A DNA stretch of 64,000 nucleotides. Origin: Chitinophagales bacterium (GTDB taxonomy: Bacteria > Bacteroidota > Bacteroidia > Chitinophagales > LD1). The notes under the pieces were generated by a model. The model made no database searches. It saw nothing but the letters and a program-made list of their open reading frames with translations, and had not been told where the DNA came from. Below, piece after piece: positions 30,282 through 40,184 of the stretch. Position 1 is the stretch's first letter. Each line of letters opens with the position of its first letter. Position numbers and translations under genes: made by a program. The stretch lies in the NCBI GenBank assembly GCA_046329515.1, contig JAXLUM010000001.1, forward strand, positions 1,854,329-1,918,328. Direction: 5' to 3'.

Positions 30282-30500
30282 TAATCAGAATTTAGGCATC
30301 AAAAACTTCGGGTGCGAATGTAGTTTTATAGAGGCAGATGTCCAAAATTAATATTAACAATCCCACCTGTAAAAAAGCAAACGTCCATACTCGCTCTAAA
30401 AGGCTGAAAACAGGGGTGTTAAATCCGCATTGAGGAATCAAAAAAGAAATAACTCAAGATACTGTAAAATGTAAAAAATACGGAGGCAGAAACTTTAAAC

Positions 30501-31874
30501 CTAAACAGCAACTGCCTGGGTAGTCATAAGGTGTTTCACCTTCTCCCAAGGTTCGTTTTCAAAGTGTTTGCGGTTCTTTACCTTTTCCGGAAAACGGACG
30601 TGGTATTCAAACTCGTGACGGAAATGGCGTATAGCTGCTGCCACCGGCCATGCTGCTGCATCACCAAGTGGGCAAATGGTATTGCCTTCTATTTTGCGCT
30701 GAATATCCCAAAGCAGGTCAATATCTTCCATGCTGCCAAAGCCGTGCTCTAAACGCCAGGTTACTTTTTCCAGCCAGCCGGTACCTTCGCGGCAAGGTGA
30801 ACACTGTCCGCAACTTTCATGATGGTAAAAACGGGAGAAATTCCAGGTATTACGAACTACACAGGCGCGGTCGTCATAAACAATAAAGCCGCCTGAGCCA
30901 ATCATACTGCCCGTAGCAAAGCCACCATCAGCCATACTTTCGTAGGTCATTAAACGGCTTTCGCCTTTAGCGGTTTTAAAAAGTAACTCAGCAGGCAGAA
31001 TAGGCACTGATGAACCACCGGGCACGCAAGCCTTTAAAGGGCGGTCTGTTTCCATACCTCCGCAGTATTCATCGCTCATTACAAACTCTTCAACAGGTAT
31101 ACTCAGTTCAATTTCGTAAACCCCCGGCTTTTTAATATTGCCGGAAGCTGAAATAAGCTTGGTACCGGTTGATTTGCCTATACCAATTTTAGCATACTCT
31201 TCTCCCCCGTTCATAATAATCCAAGGCACTGCCATAATGGTTTCCACGTTGTTAACCACTGTTGGGTTGCTGTATAAACCAACCACCGCAGGGAAGGGTG
31301 GTTTAATACGCGGGTTACCGCGCTTGCCTTCAAGGCTTTCAATTAAAGCAGTTTCCTCACCGCATATATAAGCGCCTGCACCACAAGTAACATGAAGGTC
31401 CAGGTTATAACCCGTGCCCTGAATGTTTTTACCCAACCAGCCGGCAGCATACGCTTCTTTAATGGCTTTTTCCAATATGCGGAACACCCACATATACTCA
31501 CCACGTATGTATATGTAAGACAGGTTTGCTTCTAAGGCAATGCTGCTCACTATCATGCCCTCTACCAAAAGGTGAGGTAACTTTTCCATTAAGTAACGGT
31601 CCTTAAAAGTGCCCGGCTCGCTTTCATCGGCATTGCACACCAGGTGGCGTGGCTTGCCGCTCTTCTTATCAATAAAGCTCCACTTCATGCCTGTAGGGAA
31701 ACCCGCACCACCGCGACCGCGCAGGCCGCTCTTCTTCACTTCCTCTACTATATCGTTAGGCGTTTTTTCCTTCAGGGCTTTTTCCACTGAGCGGTAGCCG
31801 CCCATTTTGCGGTAAACCTCGTAGGTATTAATGCCTTCAACATTCACATGTTCCAATAATATCTTTCTTCCCAT
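30501..31874 (-). CDS. nuoF: NADH-quinone oxidoreductase subunit F
   Basis: GLRGRGGAGFPTGMKW marks the FMN/NADH site, and ESCGQCSPCREG marks the 4Fe-4S cluster. Confidence 0.95.
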   Translation of the reverse strand: MGRKILLEHVNVEGINTYEVYRKMGGYRSVEKALKEKTPNDIVEEVKKSGLRGRGGAGFPTGMKWSFIDKKSGKPRHLVCNADESEPGTFKDRYLMEKLPHLLVEGMIVSSIALEANLSYIYIRGEYMWVFRILEKAIKEAYAAGWLGKNIQGTGYNLDLHVTCGAGAYICGEETALIESLEGKRGNPRIKPPFPAVVGLYSNPTVVNNVETIMAVPWIIMNGGEEYAKIGIGKSTGTKLISASGNIKKPGVYEIELSIPVEEFVMSDEYCGGMETDRPLKACVPGGSSVPILPAELLFKTAKGESRLMTYESMADGGFATGSMIGSGGFIVYDDRACVVRNTWNFSRFYHHESCGQCSPCREGTGWLEKVTWRLEHGFGSMEDIDLLWDIQRKIEGNTICPLGDAAAWPVAAAIRHFRHEFEYHVRFPEKVKNRKHFENEPWEKVKHLMTTQAVAV

Positions 31875-31876
31875 TA

Positions 31877-32428
31877 CTAACTTTTTAAAATACCTGCAGA
31901 ATACAATTCCACCTTGCCTGCTTTACAATCGTCTATCAACTTATCCATTTTAGCAGGGGTCAGAAATTCATGGTAGTAATCGCCTAATTGTAACATCGGG
32001 GCATAGCCGCAGGCGCCTAAGCACTCTACGCCTTTAACACTAAACATGCCATCAGCAGTTACCTCGCCTTCGCCGTGCACACCTAGTTTTTCCATGGTGT
32101 ATTCCATTAAATCTTCGGCGCCACGCAGGCAACAGCAACTTGTGCGGCAAAATTCCAGCATGTATTTGCCTACCGGCTTTTGGTTATACATGGTGTAAAA
32201 GGTTACCACCTCGTACACTTCTATAGGTAAAATATTTAATACTTCGGCAACCTTATCCATAACCGGCACGCTTAGCCAGTTATCATGTTCATCCTGCACT
32301 TCGTGCAATACGGTAAGCAATGCGCTTTTGTGCTTTCCTTCCGGGAAATGTGATTTCAATTCAGCAATACGCGCCATCAGCCTTTCGCTGAATTTTACTT
32401 CTTCTTTTGTTACTTCGGCTAATCCCAT
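31877..32428 (-). CDS. nuoE: NADH-quinone oxidoreductase subunit E
   Basis: The 183-aa product has thioredoxin-like 2Fe-2S cysteines (CRTSCC...CLGACGYAPM). Confidence 0.9.
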   Translation of the reverse strand: MGLAEVTKEEVKFSERLMARIAELKSHFPEGKHKSALLTVLHEVQDEHDNWLSVPVMDKVAEVLNILPIEVYEVVTFYTMYNQKPVGKYMLEFCRTSCCCLRGAEDLMEYTMEKLGVHGEGEVTADGMFSVKGVECLGACGYAPMLQLGDYYHEFLTPAKMDKLIDDCKAGKVELYSAGILKS

Positions 32429-32465
32429 TTCAACAATCTTATAACTTAAAACCTACAACTAATTA

Positions 32466-33707
32466 TTAAGCATCCAATTCACCGGCTATTACATTCAATG
32501 AGCTAAGGATAACAATCGCATCGCTCAGGTAATGATCTTTGGTTAACTCAGTAAACGCCTGGTAGTAAATAAAACATGGCCTGCGGAAATGCAAACGCGC
32601 CGGAACACGGCTGCCATCCGTAACCAAATAAAATCCTAACTCTCCATTACCTCCTTCAACCGGGTGATAAACTTCGCCTTTAGGCACCGGAATTTCACCC
32701 ATCACAATTTTGAAGTGATAGATAAGGGCTTCCATGTTATTATATACATCCTCTTTAGGAGGCAGGTAATAATCAGGCACATCAGCATGGTAAGGGCCTT
32801 CAGGCAACTTTTCGTAAGCCTGCTTTATTATGCGAAGGCTTTGCCACATTTCGGCCTGGCGAACGCAGTAACGGTCATAGGTATCGCCGGTTTTACCAAC
32901 AGGCACATCAAATTCAAAATCTTCGTAGCTACTGTAAGGAGAAGCTACACGAACATCATAATCTACACCGGCAGCGCGCAGGTTAGGGCCTGTAAAGCCG
33001 TAGCTTATTGCTTTTTCAGCGCTGATACCACCTACGTTAATGCAGCGGTCCATAAAAATACGGTTGCGCGAAACAAGGTCTTCAAACTCCTTTAAGGCAA
33101 CCGGAAACTCTTTAAGGAATGCATCTAACTTGCGGAAGGCAGTTGGGCTCCAGTCGCGCTCAAAGCCACCAATGCGGCCCATGTTCGTAGTTAATCGCGC
33201 ACCACAAATTTCCTCGTATATTTCATATACCTTTTCGCGATACTGATAAATGTATAAGAAGCCGGTAAAGGCACCGCTATCCACCGCAAGAATGGAATTA
33301 CATATCAGGTGGTCGGTTATACGGGCCAATTCCATTACAATTACACGCAGGTATTGTGCACGCTTAGGCACTTCAACCCCTAACAATTTTTCAAGTGTCA
33401 TCCACCAACCCATGTTATTAATTGGGGCCGAACAGTAGTTCATACGGTCGGTAAGCGGAGTGATTTGATAGAACGGACGGTTCTCGGCAATTTTTTCAAA
33501 AGCCCTGTGGATGTAGCCTACTGTTTGCTCGGCATCAATAATCTTTTCGCCATCCATTAACAACACGTTTTGGAAAATACCGTGTGTTGCCGGGTGGGTT
33601 GGGCCAAGGTTTAAGATAGAGAGTTCGCTGCCATCCTCATTCTCACGCTGCTTAATCATGTCAGCGTATTTCTCCTCTATGGTAAGTGATTTTACTAAAG
33701 TGCTCAT
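32466..33707 (-). CDS. nuoD: NADH-quinone oxidoreductase subunit D
   Basis: The 413-aa product contains NLGPTHPATHG and RAAGVDYDVR. Confidence 0.95.
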   Translation of the reverse strand: MSTLVKSLTIEEKYADMIKQRENEDGSELSILNLGPTHPATHGIFQNVLLMDGEKIIDAEQTVGYIHRAFEKIAENRPFYQITPLTDRMNYCSAPINNMGWWMTLEKLLGVEVPKRAQYLRVIVMELARITDHLICNSILAVDSGAFTGFLYIYQYREKVYEIYEEICGARLTTNMGRIGGFERDWSPTAFRKLDAFLKEFPVALKEFEDLVSRNRIFMDRCINVGGISAEKAISYGFTGPNLRAAGVDYDVRVASPYSSYEDFEFDVPVGKTGDTYDRYCVRQAEMWQSLRIIKQAYEKLPEGPYHADVPDYYLPPKEDVYNNMEALIYHFKIVMGEIPVPKGEVYHPVEGGNGELGFYLVTDGSRVPARLHFRRPCFIYYQAFTELTKDHYLSDAIVILSSLNVIAGELDA

Positions 33708-34234
33708 TGTTGATTCACATTTCCGCTTTGCGGTATTCTACCAAAATAACGATCGTCCTTATCGGTGCGGTTAGGGTCCTCTAACGGAAATTCCTTACGC
33801 ATAGGGAAACTCACCATTTCATCCATATTCAGTATGCGTTTCAAGTCAGGATGGCCGGTAAACACAATACCAAAAAAGTCATAGGTTTCTCTCTCCTGCC
33901 AATTAGCAGAGTTGTAAAGGCGGGTGGCGCTTTCCACTTCCGGGTTTTCGCCGTTTAAATAGGTTTTAATGCGTATGCGCACATTATCTACCCAATTATG
34001 CAGGTGGTAAACCACACCAAATTGGCGGTCTAATTCGCTCTCGGGATAATGCATACCACAGAGGGTAGTAAGAAAGTTAAACCCTTCCTCATCGCGCAGG
34101 TATTGCATAATATCAATCACCTTATCGCGGCCGGCCTCAAAGGTCAGCATCTCATATGGCGAAGTAAAATTCTTAACGCCCTCACCAAAGCGGGCGGTCA
34201 GCTTTTCTATCAATTGTTCGTTCGTAATTGCCAT
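33704..34234 (-). CDS. nuoC: NADH-quinone oxidoreductase subunit C
   Basis: The 176-aa product contains ERETYDFFGIVFTGHPDLKRIL. Confidence 0.9.
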   Translation of the reverse strand: MAITNEQLIEKLTARFGEGVKNFTSPYEMLTFEAGRDKVIDIMQYLRDEEGFNFLTTLCGMHYPESELDRQFGVVYHLHNWVDNVRIRIKTYLNGENPEVESATRLYNSANWQERETYDFFGIVFTGHPDLKRILNMDEMVSFPMRKEFPLEDPNRTDKDDRYFGRIPQSGNVNQQ

Positions 34235-34248
34235 TTCAGTAAACAGAA

Positions 34249-34818
34249 TTAATTCACAGTAATGCCGTAGGTGGCTAAAAGCGCCTTGTATTCAGGCGAG
34301 TTTCTGCGGCGCATAGGCTCGTTCTTCACCAATTCCTGCAGTTTCATAATACCATCAAGTATTTGCTCAGGGCGCGGCGGACAGCCGGGCACATAAACAT
34401 CTACAGGTATAATTTTATCAATACCCTGTAACACAGAGTAGGTATCAAACACACCACCTGAACAGGCGCAGGCACCCACTGAAATTACCCAACGCGGTTC
34501 AGCCATTTGCTCATACACCTGGCGAAGAATAGGGCCCATTTTCTTAGCAATGGTTCCCATCACTAACAGCATATCGGCCTGGCGTGGTGAAAAGGAAGGC
34601 CTTTCAGACCCGAAACGGGCAAGGTCATAATGCGAAGCCATGGTACTCATAAACTCAATACCGCAGCAACTGGTAGCAAATGGTAAAGGCCACATACTTT
34701 TAGAACGAGCCAAACCCACTACCGAATCCAATGAGGTGGCAAAGAAACCCTGACCCTCAATACCGGGAGGGGGTGCCACCATCTTTATATCACTTTTGCT
34801 ATTTACTATTTCAGCCAT
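34249..34818 (-). CDS. nuoB: NADH-quinone oxidoreductase subunit B
   Basis: The motifs [27 protein letters not shown] and GCPPRPE are present. Confidence 0.95.
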   Translation of the reverse strand: MAEIVNSKSDIKMVAPPPGIEGQGFFATSLDSVVGLARSKSMWPLPFATSCCGIEFMSTMASHYDLARFGSERPSFSPRQADMLLVMGTIAKKMGPILRQVYEQMAEPRWVISVGACACSGGVFDTYSVLQGIDKIIPVDVYVPGCPPRPEQILDGIMKLQELVKNEPMRRRNSPEYKALLATYGITVN

Positions 34819-34881
34819 TTTTAACTCCTGTTTTTACGCTTCCAAATTTACCTCTTTTAGGTCGGTTTAAGGTTTAAAGCC

Positions 34882-35247
34882 TTATTCCCATTCCAGCGCA
34901 CCTTTCTTTATAATGTAATAGAAACCAATTAATAACAACACCATAAACAAGGCCATTTTCCAAAGTCCTTCCAAGCCTAAATCACGAAAATTAACAGCCC
35001 ATGGATACATAAAAATCACCTCCACATCAAACAATACAAAAAGAATAGCAACCAGGAAGTATTTAACCGAGAACGGAATACGCGCATTACCGTGCTGAGG
35101 AATACCGCATTCGAAGTTTACATCCTTATTTTTAGAATGGCGCTTGGGGCCAATGTAATGCGATACGGCAAGGGTAAAGGCTACAAAGCCTGCCGCAAAA
35201 ACCGCCTGAATCACAATCGGCAGATAATCAAAATTCGTATTCGTCAT
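34882..35247 (-). CDS. nuoA: NADH-quinone oxidoreductase subunit A
   Basis: The 121-aa product contains FECGIP and FLVAILFVLFDVEVIFMYPWA, and it is the first gene of the operon. Confidence 0.9.
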   Translation of the reverse strand: MTNTNFDYLPIVIQAVFAAGFVAFTLAVSHYIGPKRHSKNKDVNFECGIPQHGNARIPFSVKYFLVAILFVLFDVEVIFMYPWAVNFRDLGLEGLWKMALFMVLLLIGFYYIIKKGALEWE

Positions 35248-35266
35248 AACACACTTTTAGGCGTGG

Positions 35267-35274
35267 CAAAAATA
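35267..35274 (-). promoter_or_regulatory. Candidate Bacteroidota -7 promoter box for the nuo operon
   Basis: The minus strand reads TATTTTTG, which matches TAnnTTTG, 20-27 nt upstream of the nuoA ATG. I found no convincing -33 TTG. This is a motif match only. Confidence 0.3.
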
Positions 35275-35488
35275 ACCCTCCCCCCCAATAAAAAAACCAT
35301 TTTACCCACAATTTGTTAAGCGGCTGTAATAAGGGTGTACAACCCAATAGCATGGATATTGCTTAAGGCTATAATTGTCGCAAACAGACCCTGTAATTGT
35401 CGGTATTGCCTATAACAGGGCCAACTTAAGCAACGTATGTTTGCATTGTAATTAATAAACAGCATTATTAAACCTTAAATAACAAAAC

Positions 35489-35917
35489 ATGGACTCAGCA
35501 AACAAAGAAGTTATTACCGTGCAGACTACTGTAAATGCCCCGGTTGAAAAGGTATGGGAATTATGGACCAAACCAGAACACATTACCCAGTGGAACAATG
35601 CTTCTGATGACTGGCACTCACCTAAAGCAGAAAACGATTTAAGAGAAGGAGGAAAGTTTCTGGTAAGAATGGAAGCTAAAGACGGCAGCTTTGGTTTTGA
35701 TTTCGGGGGAGATTACACTGCAGTAAAACAGAATGAGCTAATTGCTTACACCATGGGCGACGGGCGTAAAGTGGATGTGAACTTTAAAGCAAATGGCAAC
35801 AGCACGGAAGTGGTAGAAAACTTTGAAGCGGAAACCACACACAGCATTGACATGCAACGCGGTGGCTGGCAGGCTATACTGAACAACTTTAAGCGCTACG
35901 CAGAAAGTAAAGTTTAA
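35489..35917 (+). CDS. SRPBCC/AHSA1 (activator of Hsp90 ATPase homolog 1-like) domain protein
   Basis: The 142-aa product contains APVEKVWELWTKPEHITQW and FGFDFGGDYTAV, a typical AHSA1 family pattern. Confidence 0.8.
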   Translation: MDSANKEVITVQTTVNAPVEKVWELWTKPEHITQWNNASDDWHSPKAENDLREGGKFLVRMEAKDGSFGFDFGGDYTAVKQNELIAYTMGDGRKVDVNFKANGNSTEVVENFEAETTHSIDMQRGGWQAILNNFKRYAESKV

Positions 35918-36864
35918 TTAGAGTAAGAAGCTACTTCAACAGCCAGGCGGTCATCACTTGCACCAAGCTCGGTGGCGGCCTGGTTACTTAACTTAACCAT
36001 TACCTGTGTTTGTGCATCAAGTGGCGGCACCTTGCCTACCACTTTAGCATAAATGGTTTTTTGGTTAAGCATATTGGTAACGCGGATTACAGAACCCACT
36101 TCGGCATCATTATAGAATGCCAGGTACTGATTACCCGAGGTTTCATCCATAATGTAATTGGCCTCGCCGCGGCTCTTCTTAATTTTAAAACCACCTGCGG
36201 AGTAGTTATTAAAGAAAGAAGGATATTCCACAGGGTTATTGCTGCTTACTTTAAGCGTGCCGGCCGGTGGCACAGCGTTAGTAACTACAGGTTTGGCCGG
36301 TTCAATAGTTATAGTTGGTTCCGGTGTTTTCTTCTCTTCTACCGGCGGCATCTCATCGGCCTGGTAGGTAAAGCGCGGACGCACATCTTCCTGCTGGTAA
36401 GGTGTATCGGGGGTAGAAGGCACCGCCAACGGTTTATAAACTGCTGTGTTGTTCAGCTTACTTACAATCAGCTTCTGCCCTATTTTAAGGTTAAGGTCTG
36501 CAAGATTATTCCATTGCTTTATTTCAGTAGTTGTTACGCCATACTTTTTACTAATGGCATAAATGGTTTCGCCTTTGGTAACGGTGTGCACACGCGCCGG
36601 TGTGGTTTTAACCTGCACCTGGCTGGCAGGTGGCGGCACCACCTTTACGGCAACGCCCTTAGTTGGTATAGTCAGTTTATCTCCCGGCTTAAGAGCTGTG
36701 CTTTTCATTGAGTTCATCCGGGTAATCTGCTCAACAGTTACACCGTACTGTTTTGAAATGGCATACAAGGATTCTCCGCTTTTAACGGTATGCACGCGGG
36801 CGGTTTGCGCTGAGGCTGCTACAACAGTCAAACCAAAATAGATGCAAAAGAAAATCCTTCTCAT
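35914..36864 (-). CDS. Secreted LysM-repeat protein with a C-terminal RlpA/DPBB-like domain
   Basis: A signal peptide is followed by two LysM repeats (HTVKSGESLYAISKQYGVTVEQITRMN; HTVTKGETIYAISKKYGVTTTEIKQWN) and a Pro-rich linker. The C-terminal VIRVTNMLNQKTIYAKVVGKVP...LSNQAATELG resembles RlpA double-psi beta-barrel domains. Confidence 0.8.
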   Translation of the reverse strand: MRRIFFCIYFGLTVVAASAQTARVHTVKSGESLYAISKQYGVTVEQITRMNSMKSTALKPGDKLTIPTKGVAVKVVPPPASQVQVKTTPARVHTVTKGETIYAISKKYGVTTTEIKQWNNLADLNLKIGQKLIVSKLNNTAVYKPLAVPSTPDTPYQQEDVRPRFTYQADEMPPVEEKKTPEPTITIEPAKPVVTNAVPPAGTLKVSSNNPVEYPSFFNNYSAGGFKIKKSRGEANYIMDETSGNQYLAFYNDAEVGSVIRVTNMLNQKTIYAKVVGKVPPLDAQTQVMVKLSNQAATELGASDDRLAVEVASYSN

Positions 36865-36925
36865 ATCAATTCGTTTATTTTTATGCCATTATATGGAACC
36901 ACAAAATAACGCTCCAACTTTCGTT

Positions 36926-38269
36926 ATGAGGCTGTTAACTCGCCACATACTAACAACCTTTATCATTTTGTTGTGCAGTATATTAAACACATACGCGCAG
37001 CAAAAAATTGTGTTTAAATACAACATTCACGATGAAATAGGCCCTGCTATGAGCCGCCTGACGGAGAAAGCAGTTAAAGAGGCAGAGGAAAAGAAGGCCA
37101 GCTACCTATTGATTGATATGGACACCTATGGCGGTATGGTGGATGATGCGGATAAAATACGCACGGCCTTACTGCACACTAAAATTCCAACCATTGTTTT
37201 TATACGCAACAATGCAGCCTCAGCCGGCGCTTTAATTTCTATTGCGTGCGATTCTATTTATATGACCCCGGGCTCAACCATTGGCGCTGCCAGTGTGGTA
37301 AACCAGGAAGGCGAAATAATGCCGGAGAAATACCAAAGCTACATGCGCAAAAAGATGCGCGCTACGGCTGAAGAAACAGGGCGCAATCCACAGATAGCCG
37401 AGGGAATGACGGATATTGACCTGGTAGTAGACAGTGTGAAGGAGAAAGGAAAAATCATCACCTTTTCAGTAGCTGAGGCTATTAAGCATGGCTATTGCAA
37501 TGGCGAGGTAGAGAAGCCTGAAGATATTCTTCCTTTATTAAAAGGCGGGCCTTATGTAATAGAAGAACATGATGCCACCTTTGCGGAAAGCATAGTGTTA
37601 TGGCTGGTTAACCCTGCTGTATCGGGCTTGTTGTTGCTGATAATATTTGGCGGCATTTACTTTGAGTTTAAGGCGCCGGGCACCTTCTTCCCTATTGCGG
37701 TTTCTATTGGGGCTGCGCTTATTTACTTTGCCCCTTTATACCTTGAGGGCCTTGCTGAACGTTGGGAGATTCTGATTTTTGGCGTAGGGGTCATACTTAT
37801 TATATTGGAAATATTTGTGATACCCGGTTTTGGCATTACCGGTATTGCCGGCATAATACTGGTAATAGCAGGCCTTACGCTTGCCCTGGTGCGCAATGTT
37901 GATTTCGATTTCACTTTTGTGCCTAAGGGCAGCTTGTCCCTTTCCTTACTTATGGTGGTGGTTGCTATGGCGGTGCCATTGCTTCTGTTACTGGCGTTCG
38001 GACAGAAAATATTCAGTTCCCAATTCTTTACACGGGTTTCCGCACAAGCCGAAATGCGTACTGCAGATGGGTTTTCTATCCGCGATAATGTAATGCACAG
38101 CTTAATAGGTGAAACGGGGGTGGCCGCCACTGATTTACGCCCTGCAGGTAAAGTAGATGTAAACGGTGAGCGCTATGATGCTACAAGCGATGGCAGCTTC
38201 ATACATAAAAACGATAGTGTGCGAATTATAGCCGTGCGTAGTAAATATTTAGTGGTAGAGAAAGCATAA
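36926..38269 (+). CDS. NfeD-like membrane-bound ClpP-class serine protease
   Basis: A ClpP-like N-domain (LIDMDTYGGMVDDADKI...NNAASAGALISIACD) is followed by 4-5 TM helices and a C-terminal NfeD OB-like domain (GVAATDLRPAGKVDVNGERYDA). The track start at 36842 overlaps the divergent LysM start. The ATG at 36926 gives a signal-like MRLLTRHILTTFIILLCSILNTYAQQ. Confidence 0.8.
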   Translation: MRLLTRHILTTFIILLCSILNTYAQQKIVFKYNIHDEIGPAMSRLTEKAVKEAEEKKASYLLIDMDTYGGMVDDADKIRTALLHTKIPTIVFIRNNAASAGALISIACDSIYMTPGSTIGAASVVNQEGEIMPEKYQSYMRKKMRATAEETGRNPQIAEGMTDIDLVVDSVKEKGKIITFSVAEAIKHGYCNGEVEKPEDILPLLKGGPYVIEEHDATFAESIVLWLVNPAVSGLLLLIIFGGIYFEFKAPGTFFPIAVSIGAALIYFAPLYLEGLAERWEILIFGVGVILIILEIFVIPGFGITGIAGIILVIAGLTLALVRNVDFDFTFVPKGSLSLSLLMVVVAMAVPLLLLLAFGQKIFSSQFFTRVSAQAEMRTADGFSIRDNVMHSLIGETGVAATDLRPAGKVDVNGERYDATSDGSFIHKNDSVRIIAVRSKYLVVEKA

Positions 38270-38274
38270 TAGCA

Positions 38275-40179
38275 ATGGGCTTTTTAAAAATGCTGGTTAA
38301 GCGCATACTGTTGCTGATGGGTTTCTTTCAGTTAAGCAGGCTATTGTTTCTTGCCTTTAACTTCAGTTTGTTTCCGCACTTAACGCCCGCCGGCTACCTG
38401 CATATACTTTGGGGCAGTTTCCGCTTTGATATTTCCACCATTGTGTATGTAAATGTCTTATACATTTTCCTCTTCCTATTGCCTTTCAATTTCCGCTTTA
38501 ATAAAGCCTATCAAACCTTCGCTAAGCTTATTTTTATAACAGGCGCTGCGGTTTGCCTGTTTGCTGATATAGCAGACATGGCCTACTACCCTTTTTTGCT
38601 ACACCGCACTAATGCTGCTTTCTTTTTAGAGTTTAAGCATGATACCAACCTACTAACCGATGCAGGAAAGTTTGTATGGAGTTATTGGTATTTGGCTTTT
38701 CTGTTTGCCGGATTGCTATGGCTGCTTATACGCAGCTACAACTGGATAAAGATGCCCGTTGCCGAAGAATACAACCGGAAGAAACTGTGGCTGGATGCCG
38801 CCGCTATACCCTTTGTAGCCTTACTATGGTTAGGATTTGCCCGTGGTAGTTTTGTGCCCAGCAACCGGCCCCTTAACCTTAGTTATGCCGGGTTCTACGT
38901 GCGCAGTCCGGAGGAGGCCAACCTTGTAGTAAATACCCCTTTTAGCATAATGACCACCTTTGGTAACATTAAAGTGCACGAGGCTACTTACTATACATCC
39001 TTTGAGGAAGCAGCAAAATACTACCAGCCCATACAAAGCTATGCGCATGAGCCGGGAACAGAGAAGCGCAAAAATGTTGTAATAATTATAGTAGAAAGTT
39101 TAAGCCGCGAATTTGTTGGTGGGTTAAATGAAAAGAAGGATGGCTATGAAGGCTACACTCCTTTTCTTGATTCATTGCTGAAGCAAAGTATGACCTTTAA
39201 ATACAGCTACGCCAATGGACGCAGAAGTATTGAAGCTCTGCCAACCGTTGTAGCAAGTATACCTTCGTTTACTGAAGCGTATACTCTAACCCCCTATACC
39301 ACCAATACAGTCAATTCATTGCCGCTTGTTTTAAAACGGTATGGCTATAATACCAGCTTTTTTCATGGTGCACACGAGGGAAGCATGGGCTTTGCGGCCT
39401 TTATGACCATAGCAGGGGTTGATAAAAACTACAGTAAAAACGAATACGGCAACGAAAAAGATTTTGACGGCACCTGGGGCATTTACGATGAGGAGTTTTT
39501 GCAATACTGGGCGCAACAGATGAATACATTTAAAGAACCTTTTTACAGTTCGGTATTCACGGTTTCATCCCATCACCCTTTTGCTTTGCCTGAGCGGTAT
39601 AAAAACAGTTTTAAAGCCGGCACTTTGGCTATACACCCAAGTGTGCAGTATACTGACATGGCCATTCGCCGCTTTTTTGAAACAGCAAGCAAAATGCCCT
39701 GGTATAAAAACACCGTATTTGTAATTACAGCGGACCATGCTGCTGCACTTAGCTATTACCAGAATTACCAAAACCCTGTGCAGTCATTTGCCGTGCCCAT
39801 CCTCTTCTTTACGCCCGATTCAAGCCTTAGCGGTTTTAAAAACTACACCATTCAGCAGGCTGATATTTTTCCAACCCTGGTAGACTACCTTGGCCTTAAT
39901 GATACCATACTTGCTTTTGGTAAAAGTGCATTACGCGATACAACAGAGGGCTTTGTGGTAAACTGCTACGCCGGTATTTACCAGGCATATTATAAAGATT
40001 TTGCGCTGCAGTTTGATGGCAATAAGGCTTTAGCGCTATATAAGTTTAAAGAAGATACCCGCCTGCAAAACAACCTGCTGGGCCAATACCCTGATGAAGA
40101 GAAACTGATACTGGCAAAGCTGAAAGCTTACATACAACAGTATAACAACCGTGTACGCAACAATAAAATGTTACCTTAA
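38275..40179 (+). CDS. LTA synthase family sulfatase-domain membrane protein (phosphoglycerol/phosphoethanolamine transferase-like)
   Basis: The 634-aa product has N-terminal TM helices and a sulfatase domain (VVIIIVESLSREF; VFVITADHA). Confidence 0.85.
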   Translation: MGFLKMLVKRILLLMGFFQLSRLLFLAFNFSLFPHLTPAGYLHILWGSFRFDISTIVYVNVLYIFLFLLPFNFRFNKAYQTFAKLIFITGAAVCLFADIADMAYYPFLLHRTNAAFFLEFKHDTNLLTDAGKFVWSYWYLAFLFAGLLWLLIRSYNWIKMPVAEEYNRKKLWLDAAAIPFVALLWLGFARGSFVPSNRPLNLSYAGFYVRSPEEANLVVNTPFSIMTTFGNIKVHEATYYTSFEEAAKYYQPIQSYAHEPGTEKRKNVVIIIVESLSREFVGGLNEKKDGYEGYTPFLDSLLKQSMTFKYSYANGRRSIEALPTVVASIPSFTEAYTLTPYTTNTVNSLPLVLKRYGYNTSFFHGAHEGSMGFAAFMTIAGVDKNYSKNEYGNEKDFDGTWGIYDEEFLQYWAQQMNTFKEPFYSSVFTVSSHHPFALPERYKNSFKAGTLAIHPSVQYTDMAIRRFFETASKMPWYKNTVFVITADHAAALSYYQNYQNPVQSFAVPILFFTPDSSLSGFKNYTIQQADIFPTLVDYLGLNDTILAFGKSALRDTTEGFVVNCYAGIYQAYYKDFALQFDGNKALALYKFKEDTRLQNNLLGQYPDEEKLILAKLKAYIQQYNNRVRNNKMLP

Positions 40180-40184
40180 CCCCA

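Noticed and set aside
36010-36841. 233-aa and 92-aa plus-strand ORFs antisense to the LysM gene
   Set aside because: The minus-strand frame has a signal peptide and two clear LysM repeats. The antisense translations are Arg/Cys/Phe-rich with no motifs.
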